Of a stretch of 52,220 nucleotides of DNA, positions 29,423 to 40,444 are shown piece by piece. The translations under genes and the position numbers were made by a program. The notes beneath the pieces are model-generated. The model did not search any database. It saw nothing but the letters and a program-made list of their open reading frames with translations, and was not told where the DNA came from. Position 1 is the first letter of the stretch. Each line of letters starts with the position of its first letter. The stretch lies in the sequence record SRR31156797_3202; one strand, given 5' to 3'.

Positions 29423-30448
29423 ATGAAAATACTAGTCATAGGCCCTTCTTGGGTAGGAGACATGGTGATGTCTCAAAGCCTCTATAAGACATTAAAGCAA
29501 CACAATCCAAATTCAGAACTGCATGTATTGGCGCCCGCTTGGTGCAGGCCTATTCTATCTCGGATGCCGGAAGTCGACCGAACAATAGAGATGCCTTTGG
29601 GGCACGGTACATTTGATCTAAAAACCAGGTATAAGATGGGCGCCTCTTTGCGCAACGAAATATACACACATGCTTACGTCCTCCCAAACTCAGCAAAGTC
29701 GGCCCTTATACCTTTGTTTGCGAAGATCCCAAGTCGAACAGGCTGGAAAGGTGAGTTCCGTTATGGACTACTTAATGACCTTCGTCCCGACAAGAAAGCA
29801 TTTCAGTTTATGGTCGAGCGCTATGTCGCGCTAGCATTTGATAAGCAATTGATGGAACATACTGTCAAGTTTGAGAACTGTCCAGTACCTGAACTTTCTA
29901 TTGATGCTGAAAGCCAAAGCAATGTAATGAATAGACTCGGGTTAGATTCCACTCGCCCAATATTTGGTCTTTGCCCTGGCGCAGAGTTTGGTCCCGCCAA
30001 ACGCTGGCCTGATAAATACTACGCCGAAGTAGCAAAACACATAATCGAAAATGGTGGTCAAGTATGGACGTTTGGCTCACTAAAAGACCGAGAAGTCACT
30101 CAATCGATACGTAATGCATTGTCTCCTGCTCTTCAGGAATTTTGTTTTGACCTTGCAGGATATACGTCTTTAATCGAAGCGGTAGATTTACTTGCACTAT
30201 GTAAGGCGGTAGTTACCAATGATTCCGGACTTATGCATGTTTCAGCTTCTGTAGGAGCTCACGTTATTGCAATTTATGGCTCTAGCTCTCCAACTTATAC
30301 CCCACCTTTAACCCAAAAGTTGGATATACTAAACACCAATATTTCGTGCCGCCCATGTTTCAAACGTGAATGTCCGTTAGGTCATTTAGAGTGTTTGACT
30401 AAGCTGTCTCCTGAACAAGTAATTAAAGCGCTAGACGCATTAGATTGA
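29423..30448 (+). CDS. waaF: ADP-heptose:LPS heptosyltransferase II
   Basis: MKILVIGPSWVGDMVMSQSL, LPNSAKSAL, CPGAEFGPAKRWP, NDSGLMHV. Confidence 0.96.
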   Translation: MKILVIGPSWVGDMVMSQSLYKTLKQHNPNSELHVLAPAWCRPILSRMPEVDRTIEMPLGHGTFDLKTRYKMGASLRNEIYTHAYVLPNSAKSALIPLFAKIPSRTGWKGEFRYGLLNDLRPDKKAFQFMVERYVALAFDKQLMEHTVKFENCPVPELSIDAESQSNVMNRLGLDSTRPIFGLCPGAEFGPAKRWPDKYYAEVAKHIIENGGQVWTFGSLKDREVTQSIRNALSPALQEFCFDLAGYTSLIEAVDLLALCKAVVTNDSGLMHVSASVGAHVIAIYGSSSPTYTPPLTQKLDILNTNISCRPCFKRECPLGHLECLTKLSPEQVIKALDALD

Positions 30449-30449
30449 T

Positions 30450-31238
30450 ATGAATAACTTTGGACTGGTTGTTAGCAACCGACTGATTCGACTTACTGGT
30501 AATATTGTTAAAACTCTTTCTTATCCATTCCATTTTGTCTTTAAACATAAGCGGTTCATTATTCCAGAATACTCTGCTGCAAAAGTAAAGCCTTCTTCAA
30601 GCTCGCAAATTCCTCGAGTAATTTGGCAAACAAACTATTCCAACAAATGCGCTTTGCCGGTTTATTTAAACTACCTATTTAACCGGTTATGTAGTCTTAG
30701 CTATGATTATCGCTACGTTAGCACAGAGGCTCGTAAACAGTATTTGAAAGAGAATGCGCCTGAAAAATGGTATAAAACATACTGTCGATTAACTGATGGT
30801 GCAGCCCAGGCGGATCTTTGGCGGCTGTTTGTTCTGTATCAAGAAGGCGGTATCTATATGGACATAGACGCGACCTTGGTATGGAACCTTGATACGCTGA
30901 TCGACAATGAACAGTCCCTATATATCCGAGTTAGCAATAACACAGAAATAACCAACTATTTTATTGCTTCAAAACCAGGTAATAGCTACCTTGAAGAGTG
31001 CTTAGATCTTATTGTTAGTAATGTTCAAAACTATGACCCAGAAATGGGGGTTTACCACTCAACAGGACCAACAGTTCTAAATAAAGTACTCAAAGGTAAA
31101 ACAATCAATGCCAGAGATCGTAAGTATGTGTGTATCCAGGGTACATTTACAAACGAGCATTTCCAGTACTTAGATAAGCCTCGTGGTAAATGGGTACACA
31201 TGGACACTCGCGATCTTGTAAAAAAAGACCATGATTAG
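30450..31238 (+). CDS. GT32 (OCH1-like DxD) glycosyltransferase
   Basis: IPRVIWQT, AAQADLWR, EGGIYMDID, STGP. Confidence 0.85.
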   Translation: MNNFGLVVSNRLIRLTGNIVKTLSYPFHFVFKHKRFIIPEYSAAKVKPSSSSQIPRVIWQTNYSNKCALPVYLNYLFNRLCSLSYDYRYVSTEARKQYLKENAPEKWYKTYCRLTDGAAQADLWRLFVLYQEGGIYMDIDATLVWNLDTLIDNEQSLYIRVSNNTEITNYFIASKPGNSYLEECLDLIVSNVQNYDPEMGVYHSTGPTVLNKVLKGKTINARDRKYVCIQGTFTNEHFQYLDKPRGKWVHMDTRDLVKKDHD

Positions 31239-32517
31239 AATCATGCTAGCATTATACTCTCTAGCCCTTTATCTAGCTGCCCCTATCGCTCTGATATTTC
31301 TAACCAGAAAGCGAAAAAACAAGCCACTCATCGGTACGAGATGGAAAGAGTATTTTGGGGTACCAAGCATAGTTAAAAGCAATGAGCACTCTATTTGGGT
31401 TCATACGGTATCTGTTGGGGAAGTTATTGCTGCTTCTCGAGTGATCAAAGAGCTTAGGAGCTCATACCCTAATACACCTATTATAGTAACCACCACTACA
31501 ACAACGGGCGCCGAAAGAGTAGCAAGCCTAGGTATTGATGTGACCCATCAATACATGCCATTTGACTTTACTTGGGCAGTAAAAAAGTTCATCAAGCACC
31601 ATAACCCTGCCTATTTAATCATTATGGAGACTGAACTTTGGCCAAATACTCTAATGACTGCACGCAAAATGAATGTAGATGTTGCAATTTTGAATGCTCG
31701 TCTGTCTGAGAAGTCGTATAATAACTATGCAAAATTTCACACCATATTTAGTAAGCTCATGTCTGGCGTTTCTCTTGTTCTTTGCCAAAATAATCAAGAC
31801 AAACAACGATTTTCTAAACTAGGTGTTAACTCACACTCACTACACACCACTGGTTCGATCAAATACGATTTCCAAGTTTCTCAAACGAAAATCAACGAGG
31901 CAGTTCGCTTTCGACAACAGCTCAGTAGTAATAAGTTCTGCTGGATCGCCTCAAGTACACATAAAGGAGAAGATGACATTGTATTAAAAATACATAAGTC
32001 TCTTCTCACTAAATATCCAAGCCTATTGCTTATCATCGTTCCTCGTCACCCAGAGCGCTTTGATGATGTTTATGAAATGAGTTGTAAATACGGATTCAAT
32101 TCGATAAAGCGTAGTTGTATTAGCGAATCCACCTCCCCACAAGTCAATGTGTTAATTGGTGACTCAATGGGAGAGATGCAAATGTATCTAGCAATGTCTG
32201 ATATCTGCTTTATGGGTGGCAGCATGTTGGGGGATGCGGTTGGAGGCCATAACGTTTTGGAACCCGCAGCACTAGGCATCCCGACAATAACAGGTCCGAG
32301 CTATTTCAATTTTAAAGAAATTACCGATAACCTTGCTCAAAACAGTGGATTATTCATTGCCAATAATGCTGACGATATACTCAACTATGTCGAGTCTCTT
32401 TTAGCAGATGAATCCAAAAGAATATCAGTTGGTCGTAACGCAAACGACGTGTTTAAATCAAATCAAGGTTCAACTAGGAAAGCTGTTAACCTTCTTCGGA
32501 GTCAAATAAATCTATGA
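31231..32517 (+). CDS. waaA: Kdo transferase
   Basis: IWVHTVSVGE, METELWPN, NARLSEKS, ASSTHKGE, VPRHPERF, GGHNVLEPA. Confidence 0.96.
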   Translation: MIRIMLALYSLALYLAAPIALIFLTRKRKNKPLIGTRWKEYFGVPSIVKSNEHSIWVHTVSVGEVIAASRVIKELRSSYPNTPIIVTTTTTTGAERVASLGIDVTHQYMPFDFTWAVKKFIKHHNPAYLIIMETELWPNTLMTARKMNVDVAILNARLSEKSYNNYAKFHTIFSKLMSGVSLVLCQNNQDKQRFSKLGVNSHSLHTTGSIKYDFQVSQTKINEAVRFRQQLSSNKFCWIASSTHKGEDDIVLKIHKSLLTKYPSLLLIIVPRHPERFDDVYEMSCKYGFNSIKRSCISESTSPQVNVLIGDSMGEMQMYLAMSDICFMGGSMLGDAVGGHNVLEPAALGIPTITGPSYFNFKEITDNLAQNSGLFIANNADDILNYVESLLADESKRISVGRNANDVFKSNQGSTRKAVNLLRSQINL

Positions 32518-33551
32518 AGAACTTCCTTTTTATCATCGACGATTTATATGGTGGCGGAGCAGAAAAAGTACTACTTACAGTAGCTAGCGGCTTAGCCTCT
32601 AGAGGACATCGTGTAAAAGTTTGGTTACTCCGTGATAAAATTGAACATGAAGTTCCACAAAATATCGAACTTGAAGTTCTCAATATTATCACACCTTTTA
32701 CTAAAGCAATCCGTGCAAAACTTGTTCGTATTTACCAAGCAAAGCAAGTTCAATTTAAACTCGACAAACTACAAATTGACACTTTAATCTGTTGCTCTAG
32801 CGAAAACGTAACATCTTTAGTTAAACATCCTAATCAGTACTTTTGGCTACACGCAAACTATGAGCGGACCAAACAAAAGCACCTCAAGAAACTTCATGAA
32901 CGATATACAGATAGAAACATTATCTCCGTGTCGAAAGGAGTTGAAAAGAGCTTACTCGATTTAGGTATCGAGCCTGCAACAAGCCAGGTATTTTGGAACC
33001 CTATAGATTTTGATGGTATTCACTCTAAAGCTGAGGAGCTGACATCGCCACATAACAAAGACTATTTTGTATGCGTTGCGGCTTTAGAGGAACGAAAAGG
33101 GCACCACCAACTACTAAAAGCTTTTGCCCAAAGTGGTTGCTCTGATGATTTACTATTGCTGGGAAAAGGCTCAGAAGAAGATAACTTAAAACAGTTAGCA
33201 ATCGAATTAGAGCTAACAGATCAAGTACATTTCTTAGGCTTTCAAAAAAATCCGTACCCTTATATTAAACATGCAAAAGCTCTACTTCTAACATCAAAGA
33301 ACGAAGGAGCACCATTAGTGTTAGTTGAAGCATTAATGTTAGGTACAGCGATCTCTGCAATGGACTGTCCTTCAGGACCTAGTGAAATTCTTGGCTATGC
33401 AAAATTAGAAGAGTATTTGGTTGGGCTTGGTGATACCAAACATTTTTCTGAATGTATAAAAAGACTAAGTAATAGTCAGCCTGCAATAGAGCGCTCTCAG
33501 TATGAAAAGTTCTTACCAGAAAACGCTCTAACGCAATTTGAAAGTCTATAA
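32514..33551 (+). CDS. GT4-family glycosyltransferase (LPS core)
   Basis: GGGAEKV, ERKGH, GFQKNPYPYI, EGAPLVLVEAL, DCPSGPSEIL. Confidence 0.88.
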   Translation: MKNFLFIIDDLYGGGAEKVLLTVASGLASRGHRVKVWLLRDKIEHEVPQNIELEVLNIITPFTKAIRAKLVRIYQAKQVQFKLDKLQIDTLICCSSENVTSLVKHPNQYFWLHANYERTKQKHLKKLHERYTDRNIISVSKGVEKSLLDLGIEPATSQVFWNPIDFDGIHSKAEELTSPHNKDYFVCVAALEERKGHHQLLKAFAQSGCSDDLLLLGKGSEEDNLKQLAIELELTDQVHFLGFQKNPYPYIKHAKALLLTSKNEGAPLVLVEALMLGTAISAMDCPSGPSEILGYAKLEEYLVGLGDTKHFSECIKRLSNSQPAIERSQYEKFLPENALTQFESL

Positions 33552-34427
33552 TTTACCCGTTAGCTTATTATATCTCTTTGCAATACTGTTCTTATACTTT
33601 TCAAGCTTCGTTTCTTTTACGACATCCGGAAGATCGTGAGACTGAAGCTTGAACAATGCTACCGCTTCATCAAAAGACATCCCCTTCAAAAATACACGAG
33701 TAAAAAACTCGGTAATCAAGTTATCCCATTGAGGTTTATTCCCCCAATAATGCCTAATGCAACTTTCAGCATCAGATATATTATTCGCTTGTAAAGCTAG
33801 AGATAAAGAGAACTGCTCTATTAACTTGCGCTCCATTCCATCATTACACATTGAATCACAAGCTGTCAGTGCACGTTCAAGCGTTTGTACTGGGTTATTT
33901 TTTGCGGAAATAGCTACTACCCCCGCATTCCACATTGCACTTTGATTAGTCAGCGAGAACTCCCCATAAGTTTTCCCTAAACCATGAGTTTTCATTTTTT
34001 TACCAGTACGCCCCTTAGTGGATTCAAACTCAAACTCTTTTACATGCATGTGGTTAACACCATTATCAAGGGCATCATACAAGTAACTAAGGTCGTCATA
34101 CGCAATAGTGTCGGTATCAAAGTAAACACAATGATGATCACTATTTTTTTTGGCTACAGATAAAATAGCTTCGATTTTTATTCTCCAAAAGAAATCAAAT
34201 GGCCCGCGCCACTCTGCGAGAGTATTCTCCTCAACTTTAACAACCGTAAAAAGGTCACCGTCAAGCCATTTATAAAATTCAGGGTTATCAGTCACAATTG
34301 TAAAATGATAAGGACGTTCTAGTGGAGTATGCGCAACTAGACTTATCATCGAATAAATCAGTTGACTATGATAATGAGTTCTTTCACCAAAAGTTAGAAA
34401 GACAAATTCAATAGGCGTTTTAGACAT
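33546..34427 (-). CDS. Putative GT-A fold glycosyltransferase (GT8-like)
   Basis: YFDTDT (DxD), MWNAGVV, EQFSLS, IRHYWG. Confidence 0.55.
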   Translation of the reverse strand: MSKTPIEFVFLTFGERTHYHSQLIYSMISLVAHTPLERPYHFTIVTDNPEFYKWLDGDLFTVVKVEENTLAEWRGPFDFFWRIKIEAILSVAKKNSDHHCVYFDTDTIAYDDLSYLYDALDNGVNHMHVKEFEFESTKGRTGKKMKTHGLGKTYGEFSLTNQSAMWNAGVVAISAKNNPVQTLERALTACDSMCNDGMERKLIEQFSLSLALQANNISDAESCIRHYWGNKPQWDNLITEFFTRVFLKGMSFDEAVALFKLQSHDLPDVVKETKLEKYKNSIAKRYNKLTGKL

Positions 34428-34442
34428 TATTTAAATCTTCAA

Positions 34443-34976
34443 TTAGGTCATGTAATTATTCCAAGAGTAGCTGTGCCATTCTTTCGCTTCAGCTAACTTC
34501 TTGTAATGTTCTTCATCTCTATAAGAAAATACTTTCGCAGGATGACCACCAGCGATTGCTAGTGGAGGTATTTTACCCGTAACAACACTTCTTGCCTGGA
34601 TAACCGCGCCATCACCAATTTCAGCACCACCTAAAATCAAAACGTCTTCGCCAATCCAAACATTGTCACCAATAGTGACATCTTTTGAAATCCAACCTTC
34701 ATCGAAAGGAAGTTTTTGCCCTTCGTAATCATGCCAAGATGAAACGATTGTCAGACCTGTTGCTGCATGGAAATTATCACCAATCGTGATTCTTCCTTCC
34801 CCACCCAGCTCAGCGCCATCAAAGCAGACATTGTCACCTAAGTAAGTATTTTTGCTCACTTTAACTTTTTTATTACACCAAATCCTACCTTTGATATAAG
34901 CAGCCTTTCGACGAACACGTTTTTCGTAGTATTGTCTTCTCAACTGCTTTTTCTTTAAATTAAGGTATTTAAGCAT
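34443..34976 (-). CDS. Hexapeptide-repeat (LbH) acetyltransferase
   Basis: IGDNFH, VTIGDNVWIG, IGDGAVIQARSVV, GGHPAKV. Confidence 0.88.
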   Translation of the reverse strand: MLKYLNLKKKQLRRQYYEKRVRRKAAYIKGRIWCNKKVKVSKNTYLGDNVCFDGAELGGEGRITIGDNFHAATGLTIVSSWHDYEGQKLPFDEGWISKDVTIGDNVWIGEDVLILGGAEIGDGAVIQARSVVTGKIPPLAIAGGHPAKVFSYRDEEHYKKLAEAKEWHSYSWNNYMT

Positions 34977-36011
34977 TTAGTCCTCTCGAACCTGTAATGT
35001 TTCATCGATAGCACGTATTGCTTCTGCCTCAACTTGCTCTACCGAAGCGATACTTTTATCCGGGTTATACACTATATAATGTGACTCATACGTAGGCAGA
35101 TAACGGAAAGGTACAGTACCAATGAATAACCCCAGTGTTGGTGTGTGTGTAGCTATGGCTGCGTTCCGAATGCCAGTGTCATTAGATATAACTAAGGTTG
35201 CTTTAGACAAAAAATCAACCACATCATCAATAGGCAGCTTTTCTTGGTATGTCACGTTCGAATGTTCATTAAAGACACTTAACCATGACTCGTGTGACTC
35301 CTCAGCTTTTACCCCTTCCAACAATATAAATCTCAGTTGAGGGTAACGCTTAGCTAATCGCGTGATAACTTCTTTATACTGTTCCATTGGGTAGCATTTG
35401 CTTGGCGCAGCAGAACCCGTAAAAAAAGCGACATAAGGCTGTTCTTTATTTTGTACGTCACGATTGTCAGGTAAACCAAATTCCAGAGGTACTGATGGTC
35501 GGTGACCAAAAAACATCAGCATTTGAAGCATAATTTCCGCTTCACATGAAAACGAACTGCGTTTTAAAGCAACATCGTAAAGCAACCTAGCTTGATGATC
35601 TCGATGCGGATAGCTTACTTTAAGTTTTGCTTTGGTCAGCAACGTGACATAGCTAGAACGGTTCGTACACACTAAATCAAAGATAATATCCTGAGGTGGA
35701 AGAGATGACATCTCTTTAAAACGGCTAACCAAGCTTTCTCTACGCCTATCTTTACCTGGTACAATATGAACACTATCAGCCAAATCTACGGGAGCCCCCA
35801 GTAGAGAATCGGATGTTGTACTTAAAGTAATATGGGCATTTGGAAAGAACTTTCTGACTTCTATCATAAATGGACGAGTGACGATCATATCGCCCAAAGC
35901 TGCTTGACGAATAATAGTAACTCTTTTTACTTCATTAGGGTGAAACTCATTTAGGTACTTTTGCGCTTTTTTACTAATATAAACGCCGTCATCATTCCAA
36001 AAATAGGGCAT
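34977..36011 (-). CDS. GT9-family (heptosyltransferase-like) glycosyltransferase
   Basis: RQAALGDM, KCYP, ISNDTGIRNAAIA. Confidence 0.85.
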   Translation of the reverse strand: MPYFWNDDGVYISKKAQKYLNEFHPNEVKRVTIIRQAALGDMIVTRPFMIEVRKFFPNAHITLSTTSDSLLGAPVDLADSVHIVPGKDRRRESLVSRFKEMSSLPPQDIIFDLVCTNRSSYVTLLTKAKLKVSYPHRDHQARLLYDVALKRSSFSCEAEIMLQMLMFFGHRPSVPLEFGLPDNRDVQNKEQPYVAFFTGSAAPSKCYPMEQYKEVITRLAKRYPQLRFILLEGVKAEESHESWLSVFNEHSNVTYQEKLPIDDVVDFLSKATLVISNDTGIRNAAIATHTPTLGLFIGTVPFRYLPTYESHYIVYNPDKSIASVEQVEAEAIRAIDETLQVRED

Positions 36012-36059
36012 ACGTTACTCTATAGCTTAAATTTAAATACTGAATTAATAAAAATGAAA

Positions 36060-36770
36060 CTAACACTTCTCATCTCTATATGCACTTTCAATTAACTCAA
36101 AATCTGTTAATTGCCAATGAATGTGGTACCGAGATACTTCCTTAATAAAAGATCGCTTCAATCGTTCCAGATTACCTTGTTTCCAGTCATCGCCAGTTTG
36201 CTGGTAACATTTATCGAAATCGATGATCCAAACCTGCTGTTGGTCATCAATCAGGATATTGTGAATATTGAGGTCAGTGTGATTGACTTGTACGTTGTGC
36301 ATTTTCCTAATTTCTTGACCAATCTTTTGGTACATTCCTGTTCTTAGCGACGTTTGTTGCAAAATCGCAACTAAGTCGCGTGCGTTAGCGACTTTTTCAC
36401 TCAATAGGTCTGCGCGATAAGTCAACCCCTTACGGATCGCACATGCAGCTATTGGCCTTGGCACATTAACGCCGGAGCTCCTAAGTTGCTGCAATAGTCG
36501 AAACTCCTGATAACTGCGAGTCTTCTCCCAGCCGCTAAACCAGTAGCTATCCGAAACCAATTTACCAAACAGGCCACCACGACGATAATGACGTAATGCG
36601 GCACCGATGGTCTGCGTTTGCACAAACCAAGTCGTCCCCCGCCCCGTTGCACTACCAATAACTTTTCCAGTTTTCTGCCAATACTCGGCATCAAAGGCTT
36701 TTTCTACAGGCTCTTTCAACAGCTGTTCATCATACCAAAACGATTGGTTGTTCTCGGTGATACACTTCAT
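36060..36770 (-). CDS. kdkA: Kdo kinase
   Basis: GSATGRGTTWF, LRHYRRGGL, HTDLNIHNIL, IIDFDK, NLERLKRS. Confidence 0.93.
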   Translation of the reverse strand: MKCITENNQSFWYDEQLLKEPVEKAFDAEYWQKTGKVIGSATGRGTTWFVQTQTIGAALRHYRRGGLFGKLVSDSYWFSGWEKTRSYQEFRLLQQLRSSGVNVPRPIAACAIRKGLTYRADLLSEKVANARDLVAILQQTSLRTGMYQKIGQEIRKMHNVQVNHTDLNIHNILIDDQQQVWIIDFDKCYQQTGDDWKQGNLERLKRSFIKEVSRYHIHWQLTDFELIESAYRDEKC

Positions 36771-36875
36771 TGTAATTAGCAACGCGACCTAAATTTGGTT
36801 GAAATCGGTTCTATTTTACATTTATTCGTTAGCTCTGCATAATTCGATATCACTAACAATAAGCTACTCGACACC

Positions 36876-37931
36876 ATGGTCCTATTTGATACCGCTCCAC
36901 AATCTCTATGTATACTGCGCCTTTCTGCGATTGGTGATGTGTGTAATACCATCGCAGCGGTTCAGGTCATTCAAAAGCAGTGGCCAGATACTAAAATAAC
37001 TTGGATAACAGGAGCACTAGAAGCAAAGTTGCTTGAGAGTATCGACGGGGTTGAACTGATTGTTTTTGATAAAAAACAGGGCTGGCGCGCATACCAACAG
37101 CTTTGGTCAAAACTCAAGGGCTGTCAGTTTGATGCTCTACTTCACATGCAGTATGCCTTTCGAGCTAGTATCGCGACGTTGGGGATCAAAGCGAGGTACA
37201 AACTAGGCTTTGATGCAAAACGTAGCCAAGATTTCCAAACCCTGTTTACCAATGTCAAAGTGCCCTCTCCGAGCAAGCCTCATGTCCTTGATGGGTTAAT
37301 GGCTTTTGCTGATCAACTTGGTATTACTGATATAGCGCCACAATGGCGTTTAAGTTACTCAGACCAAGATAGCTCATGGGCTCAGGGCCAACTGAATACA
37401 ATAAAACGAAATCTTGTATTGGTACCCGGAGCGAGCAAGTCATATAAAAACTGGCATGCGCAAGGCTATAGCGAACTAATTGAGTATGCGCAAAGTAAAG
37501 GTTGGAATGTAATCTTAGCAGGCAGTCCGGCCAAAGTTGAAACAGACTTGGCTGAACAAGTTGTTGAGCTGTGCCACCATGATGTGACCAATCTGGTCGG
37601 ACAAAGCTCATTGATGCAGATGCTCGCTTTATTAGACAAATGTGACTTGGTGATCGCCCCTGATACCGGCCCTGCACATATGGCGAATGCGATGAACACT
37701 CCCGTGATTGGTTTGTACGCACACCATAATCCGCAGCGCACAGGTCCATATCAATATCTCGACTATGTTGTAAGTGTCTGGCAACAGGCGATCGAAGAGC
37801 AAACAGGACAATCTGCCGAACAACTGAGTTGGCGTTCGCGAGTCAAAGACAAACAAGCCATGAACAGAATTACTTCTGATCAAGTCATCACCATGTTCGA
37901 CTTGGTCTGTGAAAAAGAGTCACTATTATGA
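36876..37931 (+). CDS. GT9 heptosyltransferase I (OpsX/WaaC-type, acts on Kdo-phosphate)
   Basis: [30 protein letters not shown]. Divergent from kdkA. Confidence 0.85.
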   Translation: MVLFDTAPQSLCILRLSAIGDVCNTIAAVQVIQKQWPDTKITWITGALEAKLLESIDGVELIVFDKKQGWRAYQQLWSKLKGCQFDALLHMQYAFRASIATLGIKARYKLGFDAKRSQDFQTLFTNVKVPSPSKPHVLDGLMAFADQLGITDIAPQWRLSYSDQDSSWAQGQLNTIKRNLVLVPGASKSYKNWHAQGYSELIEYAQSKGWNVILAGSPAKVETDLAEQVVELCHHDVTNLVGQSSLMQMLALLDKCDLVIAPDTGPAHMANAMNTPVIGLYAHHNPQRTGPYQYLDYVVSVWQQAIEEQTGQSAEQLSWRSRVKDKQAMNRITSDQVITMFDLVCEKESLL

Positions 37932-38713
37932 ATTCAGCCAGTCAAAACAGAGCGACTATTGCCGCCGTCATCATCACTAAGAATGAACAGGACAGTTTAC
38001 GCGACTGTCTGGAGAGCTTATGTTGGGTCGATGAAATCATCATTGTCGACTCGGGCAGTACCGACAATACGGAAGCGATAGCCCGTGAATATACCGATCA
38101 CTTTTATGTAAATGCTCAGTGGCCAGGATTTGGTAAGCAAAAGCAGTTAGCGCAAAGCTACGCCAAAAGCGACTGGATATTGGCCGTCGACGCCGATGAA
38201 CGTATTGACGATACTTTGCGTGAAAACATTCTCGCGATGTTGGAAAACCCACCGAAAAACACCGTTTATAACCTAAATGAGCTGACATGGGTATTTGGCC
38301 GCTTTCTTAAACACTCTGGCTGGTACTACCGTCATGTGCGCCTCTACCCAAACAATCTGACTCAATACAATGATAATTTAGTCCATGAGTCAGTCATCAT
38401 TCCGCAAGGCTGTCAGGTAGCGGAGCTGGATGGCGATATCCTCCACTACTCCTATCAGAATTTAAATCACTACTTAGTTAAGTCAGCAGGCTATGCTAAG
38501 GCCTGGGCCGATCAACGCCAGGCACGCGGTAAGAAAGCCTCTCTATCACAAGGAATTATTCATGCTTTCGGCTGCTTCCTAAAAATGTACTTACTTAAGC
38601 GTGGTTTTCTCGATGGGAAACAAGGTTTCCTTATCGCACTGCTTTCTGCTCACTCTACTTTTGTTAAGTATGCAGATCTGTGGGCTCGAGAGAATGATCC
38701 ACATTACAAATAA
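37928..38713 (+). CDS. GT2 beta-1,4-glucosyltransferase (WaaE/LgtF/KdtX-like)
   Basis: [39 protein letters not shown]. Confidence 0.88.
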   Translation: MNSASQNRATIAAVIITKNEQDSLRDCLESLCWVDEIIIVDSGSTDNTEAIAREYTDHFYVNAQWPGFGKQKQLAQSYAKSDWILAVDADERIDDTLRENILAMLENPPKNTVYNLNELTWVFGRFLKHSGWYYRHVRLYPNNLTQYNDNLVHESVIIPQGCQVAELDGDILHYSYQNLNHYLVKSAGYAKAWADQRQARGKKASLSQGIIHAFGCFLKMYLLKRGFLDGKQGFLIALLSAHSTFVKYADLWARENDPHYK

Positions 38714-38732
38714 TAAAAACACTCACAGCCCG

Positions 38733-38756
38733 AAAAAGGCTCGTCTGAGCCTTTTC
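38733..38756. terminator. Bidirectional intrinsic terminator
   Basis: AAAAGGCTC-GTCT-GAGCCTTTT between convergent genes. Confidence 0.65.
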
Positions 38757-39789
38757 ATCTTAGAATTTTCCGCAACCAAGGATTAACCTGCCCAACAACC
38801 ATTGCAATATCTATTCGGGTCATGTTTTCCTGACTTTGCTTATCTTCTGCCTGAGGTGGACAGAAAGCGATATGACGACCTTCTGAATTTAACGGTCTCC
38901 AACGCAACGGTGTTGCCGAGCGCTTAGCCGGGAAGAAACCGACTGTCGGAACATCTAGTGTTGCTGCGATATGCAGTGGCCCAGTAGAACCTGCAATAAA
39001 CAACTGAGCACAAGCAATAGAACGAGTGAAATCCACTAAGCCATCGTTCTTATCATACAAAGCTGCCTTTCCACCGCGTTCTTCAATTAGTGATTTGAGT
39101 TCAGCCGCCTTCTCTTCTTCACCCGGTCCAGCGGTTAACACGACTTCATGCTCACTTTCCAGGCCTTGAATCAAGTTTGCATACTGCTCTAGAGTTAAGT
39201 TATTTGCCGAACCACCACTACCTGCATGAATAAATACCCACGGTTTAGCAGCATCAATGACCAACTGTTGCGCCAGCTTATCTCTCTGCTCCTTAAGGGT
39301 TTGCTCTTCAAACACTAAATATGGCGCTTGTGGTTCAACGGCCGTTTTACCAATGTCACTTAAGAAAGCTCTGACCAAATCCAAATTGTACTCATACTCC
39401 GGCTTCGCCGATTGAGAACGCTTTTGCTTGATACGCTTGTTATAAAAAATCTGAGCTAACTTGGTCGCAGGAGCTAAACGGTAACGAATTCCCGCTTTCC
39501 ACACTAATAGAGCGTTATACGTGGTCGAAAACAAGTTAATCGAAGCATCAAAGTTTTGCGCTTTTAACTGTTGAATGAGGGCTTTTTGAGTACTTTTATC
39601 GGCCTTCTCGGTCGGATCAATCATCACCTCATCAATCCAAGGGCATAACTCAGCCAATGCCACGGTGTACTTAGGCACGAGAGCCGTAATATGGCATTCA
39701 GGCATCGACGCTTTTAGCATTGCAAAGCTTGGCCACGCCAACATAAAGTCGCCAATCTTATCGTTGCGAATAACAAGTAACTTTTTCAT
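38755..39789 (-). CDS. GT9-family heptosyltransferase (WavA-like)
   Basis: VIRNDKIGDF, HAGSGGSA, STGPLHIAA. Confidence 0.87.
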   Translation of the reverse strand: MKKLLVIRNDKIGDFMLAWPSFAMLKASMPECHITALVPKYTVALAELCPWIDEVMIDPTEKADKSTQKALIQQLKAQNFDASINLFSTTYNALLVWKAGIRYRLAPATKLAQIFYNKRIKQKRSQSAKPEYEYNLDLVRAFLSDIGKTAVEPQAPYLVFEEQTLKEQRDKLAQQLVIDAAKPWVFIHAGSGGSANNLTLEQYANLIQGLESEHEVVLTAGPGEEEKAAELKSLIEERGGKAALYDKNDGLVDFTRSIACAQLFIAGSTGPLHIAATLDVPTVGFFPAKRSATPLRWRPLNSEGRHIAFCPPQAEDKQSQENMTRIDIAMVVGQVNPWLRKILR

Positions 39790-39886
39790 TCTGTTCTGTT
39801 TATACTCAAATTAACTGGTTCAATCATACCGACTTCAAGACCTTTTTGTTAGTATGACGACCATTCCGTTCACCAAAGAGCAATAG

Positions 39887-40384
<498 letters not shown>

Positions 40385-40391
40385 TGGAAAT

Positions 40392-40423
40392 AACAAAGGG
40401 CAGTATAACTGCCCTTTGTTTTT
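40392..40423. terminator. Intrinsic terminator after coaD (likely bidirectional)
   Basis: AACAAAGGGCAGT-ATA-ACTGCCCTTTGTT followed by TTT. Confidence 0.8.
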
Positions 40424-40444
40424 CATATTCCGAGTAAAAGCCTA

